Source: the human T2T-CHM13v2.0 reference genome, Homo sapiens
Length of the DNA: 64,000 nt
Assembly (NCBI RefSeq): GCF_009914755.1
Contig: NC_060934.1
Reading direction: 5' to 3' (one strand)
In this document: piece after piece, positions 13,950 to 32,685 of the stretch
Numbering within the stretch: position 1 is the first letter of the stretch
Layout: every line of letters begins with the position of its first letter
Notes under the pieces: generated by a model
The model's database searches: none
What the model was told of the DNA's origin: nothing
Seen by the model: only the letters and a program-made list of their open reading frames with translations
Program-made: the position numbers and the translations under genes

Positions 13950-14130
13950 CCTTTGTGATTACAGAGCATTTTCCCATTCTTTTGATTTTCATAATAGCTT
14001 CATTAGGTCAATAGATCTTACTCTACTGTGAAGGTGAGGAAACAGCCCATGCTGCTAAGGACTTGCCTAAAGTAGCGTCATTAATAATTATCAGCACCAG
14101 AACTAGAATTCAAGTCTCCTCTTATTTAGG
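13950..14130. mobile_element. MIR
   Basis: Core gtgaggaaacagccc...gacttgcctaaagt...ctagaattcaagtctc. Confidence 0.6.
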
Positions 14131-14287
14131 ATTTTTCTTCAACTGTTTGGTCTCTCAGGTAACTTTTCCAAGATCTTTTCCAGTTTCACTAGTTTTAGCT
14201 AATATATAAACATGTCATAATATTTTTATAGCCAAACAGTGCTGTCTGAGATTTTAAATCTTGAGACTTGAGAATGCCTGAAGGCTA

Positions 14288-14810
14288 GTGTGCTGGATAT
14301 TCTGTATTCATTCTCCATTCTCCTCCACCCTGCTCTGGGTCCTGAGAGACCGGCCAGAGTGAACTGCATCAGGGGGCTTCTGGTTAGGTTCAGCAGGAGA
14401 TTGGAGGCTGGGAGCAGAGCAAGATCTGGTATTTATTCCTCAGCTCCTTCCCTGCTGGGCCATGGATGAGTAGTGGCTGTACTCTTTAACTGAAGATGTA
14501 GCCGACCCTCTGGGCCCCCTACCCATGTACCCTCAGCCCTCACCATTCCTTATGAATGGTGGTGGCTTCTTCTTTTGAAAATACCTGCCACTCTCTGCCT
14601 GATGGCTTTTTCTGGCCATAGAAACACGCTTAGCCCATGCACAGGACCGGCCAGAGGTTCTGGATAGTTGCTTTCTCCAGGGAACACCCCTTAATGAATG
14701 ATGTGTAGGAACTGGTGGATAAATTTCTCTCTTTCTGTTCCCCTGAGTTGGAACAGCTATGAGCTGTATTCTACACCTGTTTCCCAGGGGGTCCCTATCA
14801 AGACAGAGCC
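14288..14810. mobile_element. Old ERVL LTR fragments (LTR33/LTR16-like)
   Basis: Phrases ggtatttattcctcagctccttccctgc and aggaactggtggataaattt; recognised by eye. Confidence 0.5.
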
Positions 14811-14885
14811 CCAAATGCTGAGTGTGTCTAACATTGGATATTCTTTTAGTTAGGAAGAAGGTAAGAATTAGAGGAGTGGACATCC

Positions 14886-15185
14886 TTTTTTTTTTTTTTT
14901 TTTTTGACAGAGTCTTGCTCTGTCGCCCAGGCTGGAATACAGTGGTGTGATCTCGGCTCACTGCAACCTCCGCCTCCTGGGTTCAAGCTATTCTGAAGTC
15001 TCAGCTTCCCGAGTACCTGCGATTACAGGCACCTGCTACCACGCCCGGCTAATTTTTGTATTTTTAGTAGAGACGGGGTTTCACCATGTTGGTCAGGTTG
15101 ACCTTGAACTCCTGACCTCAGGTGATCCAACTGCCTTGGCCTCCCAAAGTGCTGGGATTACAGGTGTGAGCCACTGTGTCCGGCC
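14886..15185 (-). mobile_element. AluS
   Basis: Full dimer; TSD gagtggacatccttt at 14874 and 15187. Confidence 0.95.
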
Positions 15186-15709
15186 AGAGTGGACATCCTT
15201 TAGTAACTGCAACAGAGGCATGCTTCGAATACTATACTTTTTTGAGACACATGAGATAATTAAATGATTGACAACAATACTAATTAGGCCAGCAATGATT
15301 ACAGTGCTATTGCCACCATAATGCCAGTACAAGGTTGGGGTTATTGGTGGCTGTCAGGATGGTGGCTGTTAGAGAAGAGCTTGTTCTGCCCTAGCTGTAT
15401 TCTTCATGGAGGCAAAGTTCTTGCAATTTTTCTGTAGTGCCAACCTGATGACACACTAACCATGTACGTCTTAGTTACAACAAAGCTATTCCACACCCAG
15501 CCATCTAACCTACTTTGTTTCTCATCTCAGGCATTACTGTGACAATATTTACACTCAGTTGTAGCAAAAATAAAAATTTTCTTTTTACATATCAATGAAA
15601 ATTTGTAGGGGCTGCTGGGAGGGATTTGCTCTCTCAAATGCAGTGGTCGTGAATCCCCATGTTAGGTATTTTAGGAAAGATAAAATAAGTAATAAACAGA
15701 CTCTTCCCT

Positions 15710-16792
15710 TATCAGGGGAACCCGCCCCCAATAATTCAACGTTATTTCACGTAGGTTCTTTTCTATTTCCCTAAGTGTTGGTCAGTCGGAGAAATAAAGG
15801 GAAAGAGTACAAAAGAGAGAAATTTTAAAGCTGGGTATCCACGGGAGACACACACATGTCGGCAGGTTCCATGATGCCCCCCAAGCCGCAAAACCAGCAA
15901 GTTTTTATTAGTGATTTTCAAAAGGGGAGGGAGTGTATGAATAGGGTATGGGTCACAGAGATCACATGCTTCACAAGGTAATAAAATATTACAAGGCAAA
16001 TGGAGGCAGGGTGAGATCACAGGACGGGGGCGAAATTAAAATTGCTAATGAAGTTTCAGGCACGCATTGTCATTGATAACATCTTATCAGGAGACAGGGT
16101 TTGAGAGCAGACAACCAGTCTGACTAAAAATTTACTAGGTGAGAATTTACTCACCGTAATAGGCCTGGGAGTGCTACTGGAGACCAGGGCTTATTTCATC
16201 CCTTATCTTCAACCATAAAAGACAGACATTCCCAGAGCGGCCAGTTTAGAGACCTACCCCTGGGAATGCATTCTCTTTCTCAGGGCTGTTCCTTGCTGAG
16301 AAAAGGAATTCAGCAATATTTCTCCTATTTACTTTTGAAAGAAGAGAAATATGGCTCTGTTCCACCTGGCTCTCAGGCAGCCAGACCTAATGGTTATCGC
16401 CCTTGTTCCATGAACATCACTGTTATCCTGTTCTTTTTTCAAGGTGCCCAGATTTCATATTGTTTAAACACACATGGTTACAAACAATTTGTGCAGTTAA
16501 CGCAATCATGACAGGATCCTGAGTGGACATACATCCTCAGCTTATGAAGATGATGGGATTAAGAGATTAAAGACAGGTATAGGAAATCACAAGAGTATTG
16601 ATTAGGGAAGTGATAAATGTCCATGAAATCTTCACAATTTATGTTCACAGATTGCAGTAAAGACAGGCATAAGAAATTATAAAAGTTTTAATTTGGGGAA
16701 CTAATAAATGTCCATGAAATCTTCACAATTTATGTTCTCCTGCCATGGCTTCAGTCAGTCCCTCTTTTCCGGGTCCCTGACTTCCTGCAACA
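15710..16792 (-). mobile_element. MER11 solo LTR (HERV-K11/HML-8)
   Basis: Minus strand starts TGTTGCAGGAAGTCAGGGACCC and ends GGGTTCCCCTGATA. Internal repeat taaatgtccatgaaatcttcacaatttatgttc occurs twice. 6-bp TSD ttccct/ttctct. Confidence 0.9.
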
Positions 16793-18128
16793 TTCTCTCT
16801 GGAACTCCAGGTTTGGTAGTAATGGAGGATGGGGTGAGGAGCGAAGAGAAATTCTGTGTGGGAAGAAATGATAACATAAGTGTGAGTGGCAGAATTCTTT
16901 GTTAAGATGTTAATTATTGTGGGTTCCCAGTCCTACCCTGGCTCATTGTCAAAATTATGCAAGCTTCCCTAAAGCAATAAGGTAATAGGGAAGAATAAAG
17001 GGGTACCTTTGAAGACCAAGAAAGAGTGAAAGTTTTGGGTCACTGGGAAGGGATGAAGGTTCATGGGTCTATGGGTAATGGGGACTCTTGCCTGTTCTGT
17101 GGTCATGTCCTGCTGGGTAATACGTCAGAAAGGACAGCTGCATGGTGTCTCAGAGATGCTCCACTCCAAGCACCAGGGCGTCCAGCTGAGGCAAAGCCCC
17201 CTCACCACACTCCCCCTTTCCTACTTAGCATGGGGAAAGAAAGGTTGGGCAGTGAGAATATCAGATGGGATCAAGCTAGGTGTGAGATTAGAAACCCTTC
17301 TCCCAGTTTCTATAGATGCACTTTCCCCAGATTCTGGTGTAAGCCAAGGAGGTAAGAGGACTCCAGTAATGACAGATTGAGTTTCTTGCCAGCTCAGAGA
17401 GCCAGAGACTTGAGATGAATTTAAGTTGATATAAAGAAAATAAAGAGCAGAATTTTTTGGACACCTATATGTGGTGGATTAAGATGGAACTTGCTCCATG
17501 CATAAAAAACAGAGACAAAAAGGGCAGAATATGGCAAGGGCTCTAGGGGAGGCTAAGCAATGGAATGTATCTATAATAAATCATGATATGTTATTTGCAA
17601 TTTGGAAACCTTGCAGGCTCTTCTCCACAGAGCTTCTTCCAGCTGGGCAGAGGAAAGAACAATTAAACGGAGAAGGGGGAAGGAATGATTTTCTCTTGGA
17701 TTCTTTTCTTGCTTGCTCCGATTTCATAACATAAAGTACAGTAACAAGTAACTGTACATGTAGTAAATGTTTATTAGTCAAGTATGAAGAAAATACTTAG
17801 TCTGTTAATTCCTTCTTTTATGGTAGTCATATGTCACACTGATTTTTATGTCACAAAATCCATATTGCCCATCCTCCGGATTATAGAGACAGACACAACA
17901 TTGTTTGGTGTCAGTGTCAAGGCATCATGGCACACAGGGTGAAGATCCCTTCGCTCTTTTAGTTCTCCATCTCACAGACTCCTTTGTCATTGTGCAGGCT
18001 TCAGAGCAGAGACCTCTGTGCAATTTCTGTTTTTCATGGAAGAAATTACAGTTGGGTGGGTAGGGTTACAGGCATTTTCTACATTGAATCTGTATTTCCT
18101 GGATTCCAAAGCACTTGATGAAAATAGA

Positions 18129-18420
<292 letters not shown>

Positions 18421-18636
18421 AAAAATAGATTTTTAGTGTTTGGAAATCAAGATGTGTCTTTCAGTCAAAGTCAAAAGAAATCTATTTGTTTCCAGAGAAT
18501 CTCAAGTTATACTGTGTTTGTCATTGTGCACAAGTATGCGTAGTATTTCATAGAAGATATCATTTAATCTGATTGCCAAAGCAGATAAGTTATTTGTAAC
18601 AGTAGTTGATGCAGGTAAATTTTAATTAAATTCTAG

Positions 18637-18998
<362 letters not shown>

Positions 18999-19036
18999 TG
19001 ACTTTAGTTTTTAATATGGAAGATTGCCTGTTTTAG

Positions 19037-19404
<368 letters not shown>

Positions 19405-20214
19405 TAGAAAATTTTCAAAGTTTTGAGCAATGTGTGTGACCAATTCGTGTGCTGAGGAGGAGTTTTGCTTGGGAATGGTACATCTATTAAAAGTTTCTAG
19501 CTAACCTTTTCCCCTAAAATGTTTATTAAAATGTTTAATATTTAATAGAAATAATATGAAAATACATAAAGAAAAAGTTAATAAACTCCTTTCCCACCCC
19601 TCCAGCCATTTTCTCTTCTGTTCCTCCCTCAGAGGATTCTTGTTCATCTTTTTTCATGCTCTTGCATGATGTGCATATATAGGTTTTTGTTAAAATGTAG
19701 CAATGATGGTTGCACGCACACCCCTTCAGATCTCTTCACTATTTCTGTGCACTCCAACTCCTGGTGTAGTTATCCTCCCAACAGCCCAGCCCTGCATCAC
19801 TTTATGAGCAAATGACCCTCAGGTTACTGGAATGTGCTTCATTTATGCACATCGGGGGCCATAAGTGCCTTTGAATTTATGCTTCCACCCCCCAACCCTT
19901 AACTAATGACTGATAGGTGCAAAAATATAAACTTCAGCTCTTGACCCCCTCATCAGTATAATTTAGTCAATTACTCCCAGTAGTTTCTCAGCTTTGTTTT
20001 GCTTTCTGACACTAAAAACAATGCTATAATATAAAACTGTCTACATATATTCTATATATTTACCAAAAGTAATTTTGTCTGTGTGTGTGCATGAAAGAGA
20101 GCCTCCACTTGAGTCTACTGAAGTTGAACTAAGCCACTTTCTACAATATTGAGATAAAGTAGTGGAGCTAGAAGTATGAAGAAGGATTTATGGGGGGTTA
20201 GGCAAATGAATCTT

Positions 20215-20797
<583 letters not shown>

Positions 20798-22011
20798 TAA
20801 AACTTTTCCCCAATGTTTAAATTATTTACACAGCCCTAAAATTCATTCTAAAGAATTTTGTTTTGTATTTATTTGAATTGAATAGACTTGGAATTGAGTT
20901 TTGCTCTAAATTGCAATGACTGTGGAACAGCCACCTTTGTTGCAGAATTCCTCTCAAACCCTTATGATGGAACAACAGAAAATCTATAACTATGATAGGT
21001 GGCCAAATTAGCTGGAAAAATGTTTGACTTGTAAACGTATCATGCTGGGGTACCTGGAGCATCTGAATCCCACCACCAGCACCACCACTCTGTAAGAGGA
21101 AAACCTGGTGGAACAAATCAGTTGAGGGCTGGGACTTCTGGGTAGGGAGAAAGGAAGGGAGGGAAGATGAAGGAGACCAGGAGAGGATCCCAATGTTCTG
21201 GAAAAGTCCCTGGCATATGGTAGGTGTCCAGTAAATATTTATTGAATAAATGATTGCGTGAATGATGCTCAGCAGGGATATGGATACTGAGCTCACATGG
21301 ACTGCTCAGTAGCCTCATAGGGAGAAAACACTGTTTTGCATTAGCCCCTGGAATCTCTGTGTGTGCATGGTTGTCTGGTGATTAGATTGGTAATGTCCTG
21401 TGCCTGCCTTGATTTCTAGATGGTAAGGGCTCAGATAAGAATATGAACCAGCTTTTACCAGGATGGGGTAATTGTCAGATATTAATGAAGTATGGCAGTA
21501 GGCAAACCTAGGGCCAAAACTGAAGTGAGGGAGGCCCCTTGCTTGGCCAGATCAGGAGTCACTGTCCAAAGGCTTAGGTCCCATCATTTTCCTGCACCAA
21601 AGCTGGATATAGTGGGCAGTCAGCAGGGAGCCAAGGAGTTGTGTGTGGTCAGGGTCAAGAAAGGCAAAATTCGTCAGAGAAATGCATACCCTGTTGGTGA
21701 GATGGAGAAGACCTATTCCTTCTCACCTCAAACCAAGACTCACCATAAATAGGCTATGCATACTCATGATGATCTGACTATTTTGAGTAGCTTGCCAGAA
21801 GGGTAAGATGAGAAAAGAGATCTAATTTACACTTTTTAAAATGACAATTAGAGGGAGATCACAACAGCCAAAGAAGATTACCTATTTATTAAGCACATAG
21901 GCACACTCTGGTTTAGGTGCTGTGGGATGTTGAAGGATTTAGATGAGGAGGAGAGAAAAAGAATTTGCACTCAGACTCGAGAATTTGAAGTCACACTTTG
22001 GATTGTATACA

Positions 22012-24741
<2,730 letters not shown>

Positions 24742-25944
24742 TAAGAAACATAAAATATGAAAAATCAGCAGTGTGAGGCATTAAGCAGTTCCCAGGTTGC
24801 TTGGCACTTATGAAAGTCTCTTAGAATTTGGAGGAGAGAGGGTTAGCTGGAAGACTTGAAAGATTCAAGGTTTGAGCCAGACCCTGAAGGATGAGCTGAG
24901 ACAATCATCTTAGGTTAAGTAATGATCTCAAAAGTATAAAAATTGCTATTACTATTATCTTTTTCTGTTTTCCTATTTCTTCAGACTTTGCTGCCCCCAG
25001 AGGATGAAGGGCCTAATGTAAAGGAGAACAGGAGGCCTGATTTTGGCATTACCTCAAAGATTTGTCACCCCTGGCTGATCTCTGCAAAGGCGGAGGCGTT
25101 AACAGCAACATAGGAGCTTCCTGCTGTAGACTGTTCTGGTATTGTGGGATATTATTGTCCTCAAAAGCTGGGTGTGTGGGCCATGCTGATAAGGTCATCA
25201 GCATTAGTCTAAGGGCCATGTGTTCTTCAAAACTTTCCACTGACTCTTAGGCCCAGCAAGGTCCAGAAGTAGAAGACAGAGATTTATGCTGTTTGGAGTC
25301 TTGATTGCTTGGCAAGTATTAATACAATTCTGGGGCACTTAACGGTTGGTTAGTGTAGTAAATTTTGCTTAACACTAGCTTTTCTGCATCTCAGAGCTAC
25401 TTTAAGTTGTCTGGCAATGTTCCCAAATAAGGGTAACCCCGTCTGGAGAAGCCTAGGCCTTTTCCTTCCTTTTGTTATTTTTTTTTTCAAGTGCTGCAAC
25501 CAGCAGTCGCTACTCCTTCCTGTCCTCCCCCTAGAGTTGCTGACTGCTCTCCAGTGACATGTATTTGGAAACTTTTTAAGATACTAGAAAATCAACTTAG
25601 AAACTTTCTTTTTCTTTTTCTTCTTCTTCTTCTTTTTCTTTTTTCTTTTTTTTTTTTTAGACCAATGGGAATATTGTGTGTCGTGGATGGAAAGATTTGA
25701 ATACTACTATGTTTTCACATTGAGTTCAATGTAACAAGGCCATTTCCGTGTCTTGGCACACAGCCTGAGTTAACTTTGCTTTGCTGGATGTGGATACAAT
25801 GAATTCTGTTTGAACAAGAAATCATGTGTAACAAATGCTTTTGCAAAATCATGTCGTCATTAAAGCAGTTACTTTAATAAAGATGGGCTTCACAAGGGGT
25901 TTCCGGTACAACAGCTGCAGTTAAATATCTATACACTGTTAACA

Positions 25945-27099
25945 TATTTTTTAAAATAAGCTTTTAATTATAGAATAGTTTTCAATTTACAGAAAAGTTA
26001 TGAAGATAGTACAGAAAGTTACCAGGTACTCTCTACCCAGTTCCCTGATTATTAACATCTTACATTAGTGTGGTACATTTGATACAATAAATGAACCAAT
26101 ATTGATACCTTAATATCAACTAAAGTCCATACTTTATTCAGATTTCTTTAGTTTTTACCCAATGTTCTTTTCTGTTCCAAGATTCCAAATTACATTTAAT
26201 CTTCATGACTCCTTAGGCTCCTCTTGGCTGTGAGAATTTCTCAGACTTTTTATTTTTGATGACCGTAGCAGTTTTGAGAAATACTGGTCAGAAATTTTTG
26301 TATAATGTCCTTCAATTGGGATTTGTCTGATATCTTTCTCATGATTAGGCTCGAGTTATGCACTTTTTGGAGGAAGACCACAGAGTGCCATTTTCATCAC
26401 ATCATACCAAGGATATGTGTTATCAACATGATTTATCACTGTTGATGTTAATCTAGATGGCCTTGCTGAGGTAGTGTTTGTCAGGTTTTTCCACTGTAAA
26501 GTCACTCTTTCTTACTCTTTTTCTCTGCTGCACTCTTTGGAAAGAAGTCACTATGCAGGCCATACTTAAGGAGTGAGGAGTTATGCTTTACCTCCTAGAG
26601 AGTGGAGTATTTATGTAACTCATTTGAAATTCTTCTGTATGGATTTGTCTATTCTCTCCCATTTGTTTATTTAATAATTCATTTGTTAAATATTCTATTT
26701 CATAAATACACTAATAGTCTATTTCAGTATAGACTCGTGGATATTTATTTTATACTTTGGATTATCTTTGAATATGGTTCTATTTTATTGTTCAAATTAT
26801 TCTAATTTTGGCTATTGGAAGCTCTATTGGCTCCTGTGTCACTTTGACACACCCCATCATTGTAAGCTTTTTTTTTCTTAATTACTTTCTGGCCCCATAA
26901 GATACTCCAGGATTGTCTTGTAATATTTCCTGTCCCCAGCCTAGAGTCACCTATTTATCAGGGGAATTCTGGTTCCTTTTACTGGAGAACGGTTATAGAA
27001 ACAAAAATCTGGGGGTTAGATGTGCTTATTGCTACTGCAGTATCATTGCTTATAGGCCCACTCTGCTGACAGAGCAAGAAAATATAGATGTATTTTAAA

Positions 27100-27140
<41 letters not shown>

Positions 27141-28070
27141 ACTATAAATAGTTCTACATTTATTCATATGTATCCCTATTAAGCTAAACCTGAGTTCATA
27201 CTGATGTCTCTAACGTTAATCCATTACCACATGGATCATTCTAGCCATTTCCCCTTACTTGTCTATAACCTTCCACTCTAACAGTGAGAAGCCTGACTCC
27301 TATTGTCTGTCATCCATTTACATAATTTCTGATTCCAGTATACATGTATAGTGGTTTCAGAATTATGAATCTTGGGAGACAGAGTAATGTACTTTTACAC
27401 AGTTCCTTTTGCCTTTGGTCCTGTAGACTTTACTCACATCTAAAGTGACTTGGGGCCGAGAGTGGGGACTCATGCCTGTAATCCTAGCACTTTGGGAGGC
27501 CAAGGCAGGTGGATTGCTTGAGGCCAGGAGTTCAAGACCAGCCTGACCAACATGGTGAAACCCCATCTCAACTAAAAATACAAAAATTAGCCAGGCTTGG
27601 TGGTGTGCTACTTGGGAGGCTGAGGCACAAGAGTTGCTTGAACCAGGGAGGCAGAGGTTGCAGTGAGCCAAGATCATGCTACTGAACTCCAGCCTCTGTG
27701 GCAGAGTAAGACTCTGTCTCAAAAAAAAAAAAAAAGTGACTAGGTCAGCACCCTTTTCCTCTACCTCCCTCTGTGAGGTTTTTTCACACATTTGTAATAC
27801 AGTTCCATTATTTTGTCAGAATTTAAATTTCATTCTGGGCTCCCTTGACTTCCTGAATAATTTTTGAAAACTTTGTATGGGTTAAGGTTCATTCTTTGTG
27901 ATTTAAATTTCTGTAGATTTTGACAAATGCATATTGTCATGTATCCACCATTACAGTATCATACTGAAAAATTTTATCAATCTGAAAATATCCCCTCTGC
28001 TTTACTTATTCGACCTTTCCCTACCCTGATGAATCTTTGGTAATCACTCATTTATTTATTGTCTCTCTTT
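25945..28070 (-). mobile_element. L1MC-type 3' region containing (TA)n at 27102-27135
   Basis: tttacagaaaagtt..aagatagtacaga; ctttattcagatttc; aagaccacagag. The TA microsatellite is seen directly. Confidence 0.75.
27453..27734 (+). mobile_element. AluS/Jb
   Basis: TSD aaagtgact; polyA tail. Confidence 0.92.
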
Positions 28071-28277
28071 AAAGTAAGCAGTTTTTTAAAAAATTTAAAT
28101 TTTTAAAAATATTTTTAAGTTTTGGAGCTCTAATAAGTTGATTGGTCTTTCATAGATAATGAGTACTTTGTTTGAAAATGAGTATCTTTGACCTTAAAGA
28201 AATTATAGCTTTTATCAGTTATACTTGCAATTCACAGATTTGGATTTGTGTTTTGAAGCAGCAATAACATCTTACTT

Positions 28278-28579
28278 TTTTTAAATGTTTTTTTATTTTT
28301 AGAAATAAGGTCTTGCTCTCTTTCTCAGGTTGGAGTGCAGTGGCACAATCATAGCTCACTGCAGCCTTGAACTCCTGGGCTCAAGTGATCCTCTTGCCTC
28401 AGCCTCCTAAGTAGATGGGATATAGACATGAGCCACCATGCCCAGCTAATTTTTTAATTTTCATTTTTTAAAGACGAGATCCATTATGTTGTCCAGGCTG
28501 GTCTCCTGGCCTCAAGCAATCCTCCTGAATTGGCCTCCCAAAGTGCTGGGATTACAGGTTTGAGCCACTGCACCTGGCC
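28278..28579 (-). mobile_element. AluJ
   Basis: atcatagctcactgcagccttgaactcctgggctcaag. Confidence 0.9.
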
Positions 28580-29329
28580 AATCTTACCATTTTTGATGAA
28601 GTGACAGTCACTTATTATCTCTGCAGACCTTTGAGACATTTAGACAAATTGAGGCACTTGATGTGGGAGTAGGATAAAGGAGTTAAAGGGGATATTTCAA
28701 CAGAACATTTATGTAAGAGAATCCACTCATGCAAGGCAAGAGAGAGGAAGTAGTTATAGCTAAAAAAACTAAGGTAATGCCTACACAGCACTGACTTCAT
28801 TGAGTACTAGCATTGGGTTAGATATTTGCCGTAGCATAGGATCTTCATTTCAGTTCAGCAAACTCTCATTGAGTGTCTGCTGTGCTTGAAGCTGCTGTGC
28901 TGTGTACTCTAGGCTTACCTTCTCCTGCTGCCACGTTGGGTTGTAGACTTTCACTTTGGAAGAGTTGGCCATTCTGCCACATTCAAGGGCTTCCCCAAGC
29001 TCAGTTAGGGCATTCCTCCCTGACTACCTGGAAATAGGAAGACATGGGTGATCTCATGTCATACTTCACTCCCTCTCCCAACATGGCCTCAGTCCCACAG
29101 CTGCTGGTTGAATACATAGAATCACTTAACTTTGGGAAAAGGGGTGGAGAGGCCCTTTGTGCTATAGAAGGGAAAGGACTTTGACTCTCATTTCCTTCAA
29201 GTACCGTTAGGTTACTTCTGAAAAATAAGTGGAAGATATCAGAGGGGGAAAAAGCAAGAGACACAAGTACAAAAGGCAATGTTTTGTTTAATCTGAACAT
29301 AGATTAGTGCATAGTGAAGAGGAAGAGAA

Positions 29330-29700
29330 CTCACCCTTACTGAGTGCCACCTATGTGCCAGAGTCTGTGTTGGGAGTTCTCACATATTTATTCTCTTTTT
29401 TACCTCCAACATGGCTTTGTGAAGTAGATTAAAAAAAAGACCTTTATTTTATGGATACATTGGGGTTCAGAAGGGCTCGCTAACTTGTCTAAGATCATAC
29501 AAAAAGAATTGAATCCAGATCTTCTTAATGCTCTGGCAGCACTCTAAAATCATCTTGGCCTTTAAAAAAAAACGTGGCTGAAACCTACCCCAAACTCAAT
29601 TAAATTCCAATCTCTGAGGGTTGGGATGGGCATTAGTATTTTTTATAATTGGGCCAAGTGATTATAGTGTGCAGCTGAAGTTGAGAACCATGGCTCTGAC
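29330..29700. mobile_element. MIR and MER5-like fragments
   Basis: ttactgagtgccacctatgtgccag; gtgcagctgaagttgagaacca. Confidence 0.6.
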
Positions 29701-30794
29701 TAAAGAGGCAGTGCCACTCCTACTACTTTCCACAAGAAGGGACGGGGCATTTTTTGAACGAGTGTGCATTCTAAATACTCTTGGAACACTTTCAGATCCA
29801 TCCCTTTTTCTCTGCTCCTCCTACCCTGCACCACAGTGTCCTTTTCATCTCTGGATATCTGTAAGTAAGCAGATGGAATGAGAAGAGAGGTTGTTATTGA
29901 TAGTGGAGAAATACAAATTCAATTGAATTAATTTAATCAGCATTCCTCTTTTGATAAAACACGTATATGTAGTGCTGATAGACTGTCAAAGCACAATGTC
30001 AAGTAGTGTCAAGAAAATTTGATACAGTTTTCCAAATTTGTTGACAACTTTGGTTTGTTGAATATGCATTCACCAACACCAAATAGTACTGACTTATTAT
30101 CTTGGTTTGTAGGGATCATAAAAAAGATGGGGCATGGATCTATTGCTGGTAGGAAAATAATTTTGAATTCCTGAGATTAGATTTGTTAATTGCCATATAA
30201 CATGTAACATTTTACCCCAAGATTTTTGAAGTATTGCGATTTACCATATCTATGGCATCTCAATTATAAAAATCCATTATTTTACAGTCTCCTTTTAACC
30301 TTGAAATTGACCATGAGCATCATAATATTTTGATTCAAATCAAAATGTTCAAATGTCATAATATTTTGAACACTTTGACATACGTTATGAAGAACCTCTT
30401 CGTATATTCATCTATAACTAAAGTTGAATACATAAACACAGGCATTCTTGGAATTGGCAAAACATGTCATTTCATACAATAGTTACTTTGGGCATTTATT
30501 TTAGGATACGTAAAACCAGAGTACCACCTCTCATGAGTTTTATCAATAGAATTCTGTTTTAATGGAGAACTGGAAACAATATAGAGAACAGAATGCTCAT
30601 CTTCCACCCTATCCGACTAGCTCTGTCCTTTCTGTCCCCCCTATCTGGCCCCTAATGATGCAGAAACTACCATTACTACTTAGTCCAATTTATGTGGTTC
30701 CTGCTTGGTCACTGTTGGGTTTATGGAGTGTGCCTTAAACCATCAAACCACAATAGCATATTGCATATTGGACATTGTGTATGGTCCCTCCTGA

Positions 30795-31273
<479 letters not shown>

Positions 31274-31489
31274 AAATTATTTCTTTTTTCTATTTGCCCC
31301 TAAAGTGAAATAGCCTATTTTGTGAGTATCATCTTGCCAAATTATAGCATTATTTTTAACTACCCAAGTCCATTTTGCATATGTCTACTGACTCAGGAAA
31401 TATTCAGTTACATTTCTTAAATAACAGTAATAATACCCCATATAACCACTGCATATCATCAAATAATCTCCCACTTTTTCACCAGGATT

Positions 31490-32685
31490 CTTTTTTGCCT
31501 TTTATTGCAAAAAATTTCAAACATAGAAAGTAGAGAGAATAATAAAACATATCCCCATATACCATCCAGCTTCAGCAGTTATAATGTCATCCCTAATCTT
31601 GTTTTATCTGTACCTCACCCATTCCTCCTCTTTTTGAAACTAATCTCAGATTTCATCTGTACATATTTCTGTGTGTGTCTCCAGCAGATAAGGGCTTTGG
31701 AAAAATTATAGCCACAATACTACTATCATACCTTAAAAGTTAACAGTTCTATAATATTATAAAATATCTAGTCAGTTTTCAAATTTCTTTGATTTTCTTT
31801 AAGTTTCTTTTACATTGGTTTGAATCAGAATTTCAAGGTCCTGGTATTAATTTTATTGGTATATCTTTTAAATCTCTTTTAATTTATAGGTAACTCATTC
31901 TCTTTTTTCTTCTCTGCAGTTTATTTGTTCAAGAAGTTGAGTTGTTTTATTGATTGTTTTAGTCTAGTCTCCTACAAACTGGATTTTACTGATTGCATTC
32001 CTGTTGTATTTTTTTAACGTGTTTATCCGTGCCCTCTTTTCCCCACAAACTGGTATTAGGTTTAGAAGCTTCCATTTTTGGGAAGACAGCTTCAGAGGAT
32101 GTGATGTGTGCTTCCATCAGAAGGCAGAGAATGAATGTTTATACCCCCTTTTGTTATGTGAACAGTCATTGATGATTATTGTTTATGTTCATTCCTTTGT
32201 GAGGTATTGCAAGATGGTGATACCCAAATGCTACCAATTTTAGTCTTTCATTATCTGGAATACTTTAAAGACACTTTTCCCCATCAATGATTTTGTTGTC
32301 CTGGGGTACATTTTGTGCAGCAAAGGGAGGTTGAGTGTTGCTATTATCCCCCTTGTGTGTTTTCACAATAATGAATTCGTTCTAAAGGTGAACAGTGATT
32401 TCTTCATAGGGTCATTATGACTATGTGGATCTCAATATATCTGATACATTTCAATCCATTGCAGTTATTCTTTTTATTGCTGCTCAAATGTCTTCTTTTC
32501 TTATACTTTGGCCAGTAGGAGCCACTTAAAGTTAGCTCCTGAATCCTTTTGACACAACCCTAGTAATTTTAGATAGTGTCCTTGCTTTCTGGTATACCTC
32601 CTGCCCCAGACTTGGTTAGCTATTTTTCCAAAGGGCCTTAGGCCATTTTAGTAGAAAATAGCATTTACAAATAGCCATCTTGGTG
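31490..32685 (-). mobile_element. Old L1M (MC/ME) 3' region
   Basis: aatttcaaacatagaaagtagagagaat; tttcaatccattgcagtt; cctgccccagact. Confidence 0.65.

Noticed and set aside
16614-16736. 33-bp direct repeat pair, superficially CRISPR-like
   Set aside because: Only two copies, a normal internal repeat of MER11, and the context is eukaryotic with no cas genes.
20960-21070. ATGATG...CTGA as a C/D-box snoRNA
   Set aside because: Box C is imperfect and there is no convincing terminal stem.
20826-21296. 156-aa minus-strand ORF
   Set aside because: No recognisable domain, partly L2-derived, and no exon structure.
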